Assembly (NCBI GenBank): GCA_005805505.1
Contig: SYMJ01000129.1
Span: 1 to 56,547 of the forward strand
Source of the DNA: Verrucomicrobiales bacterium
Lineage (GTDB): Bacteria > Verrucomicrobiota > Verrucomicrobiia > Limisphaerales > UBA9464
Direction of reading: 5' to 3'
Length of the DNA stretch: 56,547 bases
Position 1 is the first letter of the stretch. Each line of letters begins with the position of its first letter. Of this stretch, positions 48,551 through 56,547 are shown piece by piece. The notes under the pieces were generated by a model, which saw nothing but the letters and a program-made list of their open reading frames with translations, was not told the DNA's origin and ran no database searches. Position numbers and translations under genes: made by a program.

Positions 48551-49765
48551 ATGTTTGCAACCCTTCGCATCGCTCTGATGGCCATCCGGCGCAACGTGCT
48601 CCGGTCCTTCCTCACCATGCTCGGCATCATCGTGGGAATCGCCGCCGTCATCGTGGGTGTTAGCATGGGTACCGGAGCCAAGGCGGAGGTAGACAAGCGC
48701 ATCGCCGGACTGGGGCAGAACCTCATCACCGTGATGTCGGGCAATATGTCCCGGGGTGGCGTCCGAGGTGGTTTCGGCATGGCGCCCAACTTGTCGATCG
48801 AAGATTTTGACGCGATCCGCCAGGAAATCTCTCAGGTGACGGCCATGAGTCCTGAGGCTGGGACCACCGCACAGGTGGCCTCTGGCAATCAGAACAGTTC
48901 TGTGCGAGTCTCCGGGGTCTCCGACGAATACATCGACGCCCGTTCTTGGGCCCTGAAAAGCGGGGAGAACTTCACGGCCGCCGATGTACGCAACGCTTCC
49001 AAGATTTGCCTGATCGGGGCCACCACGGCGAAGACGCTTTTTGGCGAGGGCATCGATCCGGTGGGTCAATCGGTGCGCATCAAGAACGCGCCCTTCACCA
49101 TCGTGGGGTGGTTGGAGGCCAAGGGTTCCGGAAGCTTCGGCCAGGATCAGGACGATGTCCTGCTCGTGCCTTACACCAGTGTGATGAAACGGTTGTCGGG
49201 GGATACCAAGTTCCGGTTTATCTTCGTGCAGGCCGAGTCGCCCGACGCGATTCCTTTAGTGCAGGAGCAACTCAAGGAATTGCTGCGCCGTCAGCATAAA
49301 ATCAGCGACGGAAAGGATGATGACTTCATGGTCCGTAACCAGCAGGAGACGAGTGACTTCTTTAACGCAAACAACCGGATCATGACGGTGTTGATTGGCT
49401 TTTTTGCAGGCATCTCATTGGTTGTCGGAGGCATCGGCATTATGAACATCATGCTAGTCAGTGTCACCGAGCGCACCCGGGAGATCGGAATCCGCCTCGC
49501 GGTCGGGGCCCGCGGTCGGGATGTCCTTCTGCAATTCTTGGCCGAGGCCGTCCTCCTGAGTGTCTTGGGCGGTGGGGTGGGGATCGCTGTGGGTTACTGG
49601 TTGGCCCCCTTGCTCACTCAGTTGTTCCAGTTTCCGACGCTCATCTCCCAATCCTCAGTGATCCTCGCCTTCACAGTGAGCGCCATCATCGGCATCGTCT
49701 TCGGATTCTTTCCCGCGTTGAAGGCAGCCAATCTCGATCCGATCGACGCTTTGCGCTACGAGTAG
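48551..49765 (+). CDS. MacB-type ABC transporter permease
   Basis: RSFLTMLGIIVG, ISLVVGGIGIMNIMLVSVTERTREIGIR, LDPIDALRYE. Confidence 0.93.
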   Translation: MFATLRIALMAIRRNVLRSFLTMLGIIVGIAAVIVGVSMGTGAKAEVDKRIAGLGQNLITVMSGNMSRGGVRGGFGMAPNLSIEDFDAIRQEISQVTAMSPEAGTTAQVASGNQNSSVRVSGVSDEYIDARSWALKSGENFTAADVRNASKICLIGATTAKTLFGEGIDPVGQSVRIKNAPFTIVGWLEAKGSGSFGQDQDDVLLVPYTSVMKRLSGDTKFRFIFVQAESPDAIPLVQEQLKELLRRQHKISDGKDDDFMVRNQQETSDFFNANNRIMTVLIGFFAGISLVVGGIGIMNIMLVSVTERTREIGIRLAVGARGRDVLLQFLAEAVLLSVLGGGVGIAVGYWLAPLLTQLFQFPTLISQSSVILAFTVSAIIGIVFGFFPALKAANLDPIDALRYE

Positions 49766-49770
49766 CCCGA

Positions 49771-50385
49771 ATGAATCCTCCGGCAGCCTCTCTCTCCGCC
49801 CTTAAGAGCGCACTGCGAGAGGATCTCCGCAGGCAATTGCGAGGGCTTGAGGCCGGACTTCGCGAGAAGTGGTCGCTCCGCATTCAGGAAAGATGTTTGG
49901 AGTTGCCCGAATGGTCCGATTGCCGGGTGGTGGGCCTGTATCATCCCAGAGCCGACGAACCCGATGTATGGCCTCTGGTTGAGCGGGCTTGGTCGGCAGG
50001 GAAATGCGTGGTTTTACCCACCTACGATGAAGTATCGGCCACGTATCAATGGTGCCGGATAGCCAGTTTCGAGGATCTGGTTCCGGGTCGGTTTGGAATT
50101 CCGGAGCCGCGATCCCGGTGTGATCGGGTCGATGCCGTGCGACTGGACTTGGTGTTTGTTCCTGGACTAGGATTCTCCACGGATGGGGGAAGGTTGGGAA
50201 GAGGACAGGGTTTCTATGATCGGTTGCTGAAGTTCTTCCGCGGCCGGAGCTATGGAGTCGCCTTTGATTTTCAGATGCTTCCGCAAATTCCCCGTGAGGG
50301 TCACGACGTTGAACTGACGGGTGTGATTACTCCATCGGGTTGTCGGGTTATACCGTCGGGTGTTGCACTGAAACATGGTCACTGA
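49771..50385 (+). CDS. ygfA: 5-formyltetrahydrofolate cyclo-ligase
   Basis: FGIPEP, DLVFVPGLGF..GGRLGRGQGFYDRLL, HDV. Confidence 0.92.
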   Translation: MNPPAASLSALKSALREDLRRQLRGLEAGLREKWSLRIQERCLELPEWSDCRVVGLYHPRADEPDVWPLVERAWSAGKCVVLPTYDEVSATYQWCRIASFEDLVPGRFGIPEPRSRCDRVDAVRLDLVFVPGLGFSTDGGRLGRGQGFYDRLLKFFRGRSYGVAFDFQMLPQIPREGHDVELTGVITPSGCRVIPSGVALKHGH

Positions 50386-51934
50386 ATCCTGGATTTTCGC
50401 GGTCGGAGGCGTGCTGACCGGCACGGGGTTGGCCTATGTCATCTACCGCTTTCGCGAGCGGGCCTTGCGTGCCGAATTGTCGATCCGGGAGCGGGAACGG
50501 GCCGATCAATCTCGCAAGGAGACCGAGGCCCTCCGCGTCGAGGTGCGTCTGGCAGCTCAGCAAGATCTCAGTCGTTGGCGAGCCGATCAGGACCGGGATC
50601 TGGAATCTGAGCGTTCACGTCTGGGGGGCACAGAATCCCGTTTGGCCGAGCGGGAGGCTTCGGTGGGACGTCAGATGGAGCGATTGGTTGCGCAGCAAGA
50701 CGACGCGCGCCTGAGGTCGGAGGCCCTCGATGTGACTCGAGCGCAATTGGACCAAGATCGTCTCGAGATCCGGCGGTTGTCTGAGGAGCGCAAGAGTCAA
50801 TTGGAGTCGCTGTCTGGTCTCAGCGCCCTCGAGGCCCGAACGCTGTTGCTGAAGGAGGTCGAACAGGACTCTTCCCGTGATGCCGCCAACCTCAGTCGAC
50901 ACATCCTCGAAAACGCGAAGAACGGTGCCGAGCAGCAGGCTCGGCGTATCATCGCCACGGCCATCCAACGCTACGCAGGTAAACACACTTACGAGACCAG
51001 TACGGCCACCGTGGCCCTGCCGAGCGAAGAAATGAAGGGTCGGATCATCGGCCGCGACGGGCGCAACATTCGTTCTTTTGAGAACGCCACGGGCATCACA
51101 GTGCTGGTGGACGACACACCCAATGCGGTGGTGGTCTCTGGTTTTGATCCAGTCCGGCGCGAAGTGGCTCGGCAGTCCATGGAACGACTGATTCTCGACG
51201 GCCGCATCCACCCGACCCGCATTGAGGAAGTGGTCGCTGCGGTCACGGTCGAGATGGAAGACTTCATCCTTCGCAAGGGCGAAGACGCGGTCTACAAGGC
51301 TGGCCAAACGGCAGTCCATCCGGACGTGGCCAAAATGCTGGGTCGGTTGCACTTCCGTCACAGTTACTCACAGAACGTCCTCGAGCATTCCCTGGAGGTG
51401 GCCCATCTCTGCGGTCTGATGGCCGCGGAACTCGGAGAGGACATCTTGTTAGCCAAGCGATCCGGCCTGCTCCACGATATCGGTAAGGCCATGTCCCACG
51501 AGGTCGAGGGCCCCCACGCCAAGGTGGGTGCCGATTTCCTTAAGCGTTTCAATGAGTGCGCCGCCGTCGTGAATGGGGTGGCTTCTCATCATGAAGAAGT
51601 GCCGCATGAAAACGCCCTGGGCATCCTTGTTGCCGCCGCCGATGCCATTAGTGCCACTCGTCCGGGTTCCCGCAGTGAGGGCATGACCACCTACCTCCAG
51701 CGCTTGGAGAACCTGGAGCGCATCGCCTTCGAGTTTCCCGGAGTGGAGCGAGCCTTTGCCATTCAGGCCGGTCGTGAACTGCGGGTGGTGGTGAAGCCGG
51801 AGGTGGTCGATGACCAGTCCTCCCTGCGGATGGCCCGTGATCTGGCTCGCCGCATCGAGGAGGAATTGCTCTATCCCGGGCAAATTCGCATCACAGTGGT
51901 CCGTGAGACCCGTTGCGTTGAATACGCCAAGTAG
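50375..51934 (+). CDS. rny: Ribonuclease Y
   Basis: N-terminal TM, coiled coil, KH (MKGRIIGRDGRNIR), HD domain (LLHDIGK), YPGQIRITVVRETR..EYAK. Confidence 0.96.
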   Translation: MVTESWIFAVGGVLTGTGLAYVIYRFRERALRAELSIRERERADQSRKETEALRVEVRLAAQQDLSRWRADQDRDLESERSRLGGTESRLAEREASVGRQMERLVAQQDDARLRSEALDVTRAQLDQDRLEIRRLSEERKSQLESLSGLSALEARTLLLKEVEQDSSRDAANLSRHILENAKNGAEQQARRIIATAIQRYAGKHTYETSTATVALPSEEMKGRIIGRDGRNIRSFENATGITVLVDDTPNAVVVSGFDPVRREVARQSMERLILDGRIHPTRIEEVVAAVTVEMEDFILRKGEDAVYKAGQTAVHPDVAKMLGRLHFRHSYSQNVLEHSLEVAHLCGLMAAELGEDILLAKRSGLLHDIGKAMSHEVEGPHAKVGADFLKRFNECAAVVNGVASHHEEVPHENALGILVAAADAISATRPGSRSEGMTTYLQRLENLERIAFEFPGVERAFAIQAGRELRVVVKPEVVDDQSSLRMARDLARRIEEELLYPGQIRITVVRETRCVEYAK

Positions 51935-51940
51935 GCGTCA

Positions 51941-52435
51941 ATGAGTGCTCAGGCGACTCCGGATCCGGCCCGCGTGTCCGTGATGGGAGGTAGCTACGGC
52001 GGCTACATGACGCTGGCCTCCTTGGTGCATTTCAGCGATCGACTGCGGTGCGGCGTGGATGTTGTCGGTATTTCCAACTTCGTTACCTTCCTCACCAACA
52101 CCCAGGAATACCGTCGGGATTTGCGGCGGGTAGAGTACGGGGACGAGCGGGATCCCCAAATGCGTGCCCATCTGGAAAAGATCTCACCGCTCAATCAGGT
52201 CGATCGGATCCGTGTTCCGTTGATGGTTGTCCAGGGTAAGAACGACCCCAGAGTACCACTCAGCGAAGCCGAGCAAATGGTCCAAGCGCTCCGAGCCAAT
52301 GGCCGCGCTTGCGCCTACTTGATGGCCCGGGATGAAGGGCATGGATTTGCCAAGAAACCCAACGCTGACTTCCAATTTCTCAGCACGATTTTGTTTCTGC
52401 GGGAGCACCTCCTGAGCGGGGAGCCCCTTCGCTAG
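51941..52435 (+). CDS. S9 prolyl oligopeptidase family, C-terminal catalytic fragment only (possibly truncated or pseudogene)
   Basis: GGSYGG, QGKNDPRV, DEGHGF triad in only 164 aa; N-terminal propeller missing. Confidence 0.7.
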   Translation: MSAQATPDPARVSVMGGSYGGYMTLASLVHFSDRLRCGVDVVGISNFVTFLTNTQEYRRDLRRVEYGDERDPQMRAHLEKISPLNQVDRIRVPLMVVQGKNDPRVPLSEAEQMVQALRANGRACAYLMARDEGHGFAKKPNADFQFLSTILFLREHLLSGEPLR

Positions 52436-52481
52436 CGCGCCCTAATGGAGGCTGAATAATAGCCGACGTTGCAGACAATTT

Positions 52482-53426
52482 TCAGCGGAGGAGACTGTCG
52501 GCCCACTGCAAACGGAACCACGGAAACAGCACCTCTACGGCGACCAGGCCGAGGAACAGCGTGCTAATGGTGCCGTTGAGCTTGAAGAAGGCGACGTTGA
52601 CAGATCGGGTGTCCCGCCGGCGCGCCAACAAGTGCTCGGCGAGCAGCAGCGCACCGATGACCATGAGGCCTAGCCAGTAGGCCAGTCTAAAGGCCGCCAG
52701 CGCTCCAAAGATGGCCAGCAAGATCCACAGCAGCAGGTGGGCGATGAAGGCGACACCCAGGGCGTTCTTGGGTCCCCAGCGCACCACCAATGAGCGCAGT
52801 CCCTGAGCGCGGTCGAATTCGTAGTCTTGGGTGGCGTAGATGATGTCGAAGCCGAAGAGCCACAGGAGGACGGACAGTGCCAGAACCAAGGGCACGAAGG
52901 CGCTGTGGCTCAGCTTGAGTTTGCCGTCGATTATCGGGAGGAACTCCACGCCGCCCTTCACCGCCAACCAGGCTCCGACCGGGGCGATGGCTAGCGCGAC
53001 GCCGAGCCAAACATGGGTGAAATCGGTGAAGCGCTTGGTCAGCGAGTAGAAGCAAATGAAGAAGAGAGCCACGGGCGACAGGGCAAAGCAGAGCGGGTTC
53101 AGCATCCAACTGGCCGCCACCAAGGCCGCGCCGCTGAGCAGGCAGAGGCTCACAGCACTGGTCATCGAGATGGCACCGGCCGGCAGGTGTCGCCCTGCCG
53201 TGCGCGGATTCAATGCATCAAACCGACGGTCCACGATTCGGTTGAAGGCCATGGCGCAAGTGCGTCCACTGATCATGGCGGCTAGGACTAGCAGGAAGAC
53301 CCTCCAACCGGGCCATCCATGCTGATCGCGCGCAGCCAGCATCATGGAAGCCAAGGCGAAGGGCAGGGCGAAGACCGTGTGGCTGAACTTCACGAACGAG
53401 GCCCACTTGGAGAGCAGGGAAATCAT
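52482..53426 (-). CDS. ubiA: UbiA family prenyltransferase (MqnP-like)
   Basis: VKFSHTVFALPFA, AMAFNRIVDRRFDALNPRT..RHLP, YSLTKRFT, FDIIYATQD. Confidence 0.88.
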   Translation of the reverse strand: MISLLSKWASFVKFSHTVFALPFALASMMLAARDQHGWPGWRVFLLVLAAMISGRTCAMAFNRIVDRRFDALNPRTAGRHLPAGAISMTSAVSLCLLSGAALVAASWMLNPLCFALSPVALFFICFYSLTKRFTDFTHVWLGVALAIAPVGAWLAVKGGVEFLPIIDGKLKLSHSAFVPLVLALSVLLWLFGFDIIYATQDYEFDRAQGLRSLVVRWGPKNALGVAFIAHLLLWILLAIFGALAAFRLAYWLGLMVIGALLLAEHLLARRRDTRSVNVAFFKLNGTISTLFLGLVAVEVLFPWFRLQWADSLLR

Positions 53427-53501
53427 CGGAGCGTTTTCTTGGGGGCCGGGCGGAGATAGAGCAGAGACATGGGAGAATGGCTTCGGACGTGGGGCATGGG
53501 G

Positions 53502-54068
53502 CTATTCGATTTCTTCCTGCCAACGCACGGTCAAGCGATGGGTCACTCCCATGTGGTCGAGGACGCGAGCGACGACGGTGTCGGCGACGGCTTCGACTGT
53601 GGTGGGGCGATTGTAGTAGTGCGGGTTAGCGGGAATGAGCAGCACGCCCGCCTGGATGAGGAGTTCGAAGTTCTTCACGTGCACCAGCGAGATCGGGGTC
53701 TCGCGCGGGACGAGGATGAGCTTGCGGCGTTCTTTGAGCATCACGTCGGCGCACCGGAGCATGGAATCGGAACTCAATCCGTGTGCGATGCGTCCCAGGG
53801 TTCCCATGCTGCAGGGAATGACTACCATGACATCCGGCGGATTGGATCCGCTGGCGAAAGGCAAGTTCATCGAACGGTGGCTGTGGACTTGAGCCCCATC
53901 CGGCAGTCGTAGGCCCCCAGGCTGCTCGGCCTCGATGACCTGCGGAGCATACTGGCTGAGCATGACATGGACCTCGTGTTGGTGGGGATCTAGTTGGTCC
54001 AGCAAGCGCTGGGCATAGATTGTCCCGCTGGCTCCGGTGATGGCGATCAGCAGTCGCATGACCGACAC
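53502..54068 (-). CDS. ubiX: Flavin prenyltransferase UbiX
   Basis: AITGASG, ASGS, PCSMGTL..IAHG, ADVMLKERRKLILVPRETP. Confidence 0.94.
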   Translation of the reverse strand: MSVMRLLIAITGASGTIYAQRLLDQLDPHQHEVHVMLSQYAPQVIEAEQPGGLRLPDGAQVHSHRSMNLPFASGSNPPDVMVVIPCSMGTLGRIAHGLSSDSMLRCADVMLKERRKLILVPRETPISLVHVKNFELLIQAGVLLIPANPHYYNRPTTVEAVADTVVARVLDHMGVTHRLTVRWQEEIE

Positions 54069-54163
54069 ACCATGCCGCTAAAGTGTCGGAAGCCAAAGGA
54101 GAAGCCGCAGAGGGGGGGGCGAACAGGCCCGCAGCCTCGATGAAATTTTTCGCAACCTGTCGC

Positions 54164-54191
54164 TTGAATCCACTCCGCTCGTTCTTAAAGT
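54164..54191 (+). promoter_or_regulatory. Possible sigma70 promoter of speA
   Basis: TTGAAT-N16-TAAAGT about 25 nt upstream of the ATG. Confidence 0.4.
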
Positions 54192-54215
54192 CCTTGTCTT
54201 GCGTCGTTGTCACAC

Positions 54216-56207
54216 ATGAGCGAACCGAATTCCGTCCCTGCTGCTGCCACCACTCCGTGGGACATCCCCACTGCGCGTTCCCTCTACAATATCGACCGAT
54301 GGGGGGCCGGTTACTTCGACGTGAACGAGGCCGGAAACGTAGTGGTCACTCCGCTGCGCGAAAAAGGGTCGTCCATTGAGATCGCGGACATCATCGAAGA
54401 GGCCCGCGAACGGAAGTTGCAGTTTCCGCTGCTCATCCGTTTCCAAGATATTTTGCGCGACCGGGTGGCCCACCTGAACAACGCCTTCCGAAATTCCATC
54501 ACCGAATTTCAATTCAAGGGCAGCTACCGGGGAGTCTTCCCCATCAAGGTCAATCAACTGCGAGAGGTGGTTGAGGAAATTCTCGATGCGGGCAAGGCCT
54601 ACAACTTTGGGCTCGAGGTGGGTTCGAAGCCCGAGCTGTACGCGGGCATGGCGCTGCAGGACCAGCCCGGAGGCCTGATCATTTGCAATGGTTACAAAGA
54701 CCAGGCCTTCATCAAGTTGGCTCTGTCCGGCATTAAGCTGGGCAAGAAGGTCATCATGGTGGTGGAGAAGCTCGAGGAGCTTCGCCAGATCATCACCGTC
54801 TCCAAGCAGGTTGGAGTGGAGCCGTTGATCGGTATTCGCGCGCGCCTCCTCAGCAAGGGTTCAGGCAAATGGGCCGAAAGCGGCGGCGAAAATGCCAAGT
54901 TTGGTCTGAGCACCTCGGAACTGCTGGCTGCGGCCGAGTTGCTACGCTCAGAAAATTTGTCGGGCAGTTTCAAGCTGCTGCATTTCCACATCGGCTCTCA
55001 GGTTCCGGACATATTGACCGTGAAGAAGGCCGTGCAGGAGGCGGCCCGTTTCTACGCCAAGCTCAAGAAGATGGGTTTTCCCATCGATTTCATGGATGTC
55101 GGTGGCGGTCTGGGCGTGGACTACGACGGATCCCGCAGCGCCTTCGACAGCTCGACCAATTACACGCTGCAAGAATACACCAACGACATCGTCTATTATA
55201 TTGCCGATGTCTGCAACGCGGAGGGGGTTGAGCATCCGGACATCGTCAGTGAATCCGGGCGGGCGCTGGTGGCTCACCACTCGGTGCTGGTGGTCGAGGT
55301 CTTCGGCTCGATCGACAAGACTCGTCAAGAGATTCAATTCCAATATGGGGCCGACGAGCATCGCTTGGTGAAGGAGATGCTCGATATCCGGGACAACCTC
55401 GGAAAGGTCAACAAGCTGGAGTCCTTCCACGATGCGCTGGAGCGTAAGGAGGACGCGCATCAGATGTTCACCCTCGGTGTCCTAGAATTGCCGGAGAAGG
55501 CCAAGATTGAGACCCTTTACTGGGAAATCTCCAAGGAGGTTGTCCAGTCGTTCCGAGGGCAAAGCTACGTGCCCGAGGAGATTCAGCAATTGGAGGACAG
55601 TTTGGGAGACCAGTACCTCTGCAATTTTTCGGTATTCCAGTCACTCCTAGACCATTGGGCCTTGGGTCAGTTGTTCCCGGTGATGCCATTGCATCGACTG
55701 CTGGAGCGGCCGACGCGCGAGGGAACGCTGGTGGACATCACCTGCGACTCGGACGGGTGCATCAACAAGTTTGTGGACCTTCGCGATGTCCGCGACACGC
55801 TGCCGCTGCATGAACTGCGGGAGACCCCGCAGGGTCAGGAGCCGTATTACTTGGGGTTCTTCCTCATGGGTGCCTACCAGGACATCATGGGTGATTTGCA
55901 TAATTTGTTTGGTCGTGTGAACGAGGTGCACGTTTTCCTCGAGCCCGATGAGCCCTGCGGCTACTACATTGAAGAGGTCATCGAAGGGAACACCATCAGC
56001 CAGTGCCTCACTTCGGTGCAGTACGAAGAAGGGGAGCTCAAGCGCCAGATGAAGGCTCAGGTGGATGCGGCCATTAAGAGCGACAAGCTCAAGCCGACTG
56101 AAGGCATGCGCCTCCTCGACGAGTACGAGCGCGGGCTCAAGGAATACACCTACCTGGATATCCATCCGCCCCCCCTGGCGGGTCATGGTAACGGTCACGG
56201 GCGGTAG
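54216..56207 (+). CDS. speA: Biosynthetic arginine decarboxylase
   Basis: WGAGYF, FPIKVNQ (PLP Lys), GLEVGSKPEL, HFHIGSQ, DVGGGLG, NFSVFQSL, DITCDSDG, GAYQ..GDLHNLFG. Confidence 0.96.
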   Translation: MSEPNSVPAAATTPWDIPTARSLYNIDRWGAGYFDVNEAGNVVVTPLREKGSSIEIADIIEEARERKLQFPLLIRFQDILRDRVAHLNNAFRNSITEFQFKGSYRGVFPIKVNQLREVVEEILDAGKAYNFGLEVGSKPELYAGMALQDQPGGLIICNGYKDQAFIKLALSGIKLGKKVIMVVEKLEELRQIITVSKQVGVEPLIGIRARLLSKGSGKWAESGGENAKFGLSTSELLAAAELLRSENLSGSFKLLHFHIGSQVPDILTVKKAVQEAARFYAKLKKMGFPIDFMDVGGGLGVDYDGSRSAFDSSTNYTLQEYTNDIVYYIADVCNAEGVEHPDIVSESGRALVAHHSVLVVEVFGSIDKTRQEIQFQYGADEHRLVKEMLDIRDNLGKVNKLESFHDALERKEDAHQMFTLGVLELPEKAKIETLYWEISKEVVQSFRGQSYVPEEIQQLEDSLGDQYLCNFSVFQSLLDHWALGQLFPVMPLHRLLERPTREGTLVDITCDSDGCINKFVDLRDVRDTLPLHELRETPQGQEPYYLGFFLMGAYQDIMGDLHNLFGRVNEVHVFLEPDEPCGYYIEEVIEGNTISQCLTSVQYEEGELKRQMKAQVDAAIKSDKLKPTEGMRLLDEYERGLKEYTYLDIHPPPLAGHGNGHGR

Positions 56208-56238
56208 CTCCGCGGGGCCGGACTGACACACCCTTGGG

Positions 56239-56328
56239 GTGCCCCAACGGGGCACAGCATACCAGCCCGGGGTGGAACCCCGGGTAAGGCAAAGCCGTAA
56301 CCGATGCGTTCTGAAGGAACGCCGCATA
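56239..56328. repeat. Multi-hairpin REP/MITE-like extragenic element
   Basis: GTGCCCC-AAC-GGGGCAC, CCCGGGG-TGGAA-CCCCGGG and CGTTC-TGAAG-GAACG hairpins in series after speA. Confidence 0.5.
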
Positions 56329-56374
56329 GCGGGGCTCCGCGGTATCAGGCCTCCGCTCGCTGAGTAGGCTCAGG

Positions 56375-56404
56375 GAAGGATGATCTTTCGCGCTTTGCGC
56401 GAGG
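56375..56404. repeat. Dispersed 30-bp repeat, copy 2
   Basis: GAAGGATGATCTTTCGCGCTTTGCGCGAGG; 26/30 identical to 42947-42976. Confidence 0.55.
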
Positions 56405-56547
56405 GGTGTGTGGTGTTCGCCTCCAAGGCTCGCTGCTGCCCGACACCGCTCCGCTCGGGTTTTTGGTGGGATCGGGTGGTGCTCGCAGGAAGGCTCGCTA
56501 CGGACCGTTCCAGCTGCTGCACCGGGTTGGGCAAATCGAATGAGGGT

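Overview
GC-rich bacterial chromosomal segment, most likely Verrucomicrobiota (PVC superphylum). The taxon is inferred from PVC-type signatures: a DUF1501/PSD1 pair, a HEAT plus heme-binding protein, a prepilin H-X9-DG protein, TIGR03790, DUF5069 and PEP-CTERM. About 39 genes: the 3' end of a xerC/D recombinase, clpC, mlaEFD, ArnT and PAP2 envelope enzymes, an orphan membrane response regulator, dinG, tyrA-aroA-cmk-TIGR03790-alkA, a WYL regulator, a sugar kinase-MurQ fusion, PPi-type PEP carboxykinase, PSD1/DUF1501, a transglutaminase-hydrolase fusion, a PurD-like ligase coupled to alr, a pilin-like gene between REP-like direct repeats, a PadR/VIT/PEP-CTERM module, an orphan RelE-like gene, a degenerate Ser/Thr kinase, DUF1080, a MacAB-like exporter, ygfA-rny, a truncated S9 peptidase, ubiA(mqnP-like)-ubiX and speA. 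I saw no tRNA, rRNA, CRISPR array, transposase or prophage. Best candidates for new biology: (1) a PurD paralogue with remodelled substrate motifs, translationally coupled to a divergent amino-acid racemase; (2) a PadR plus membrane VIT/PEP-CTERM sensor module; (3) a probable pseudokinase; (4) a His-less HPt response regulator; (5) a secreted transglutaminase/serine-hydrolase fusion. All family calls come from motif recognition by eye; no database search was run.
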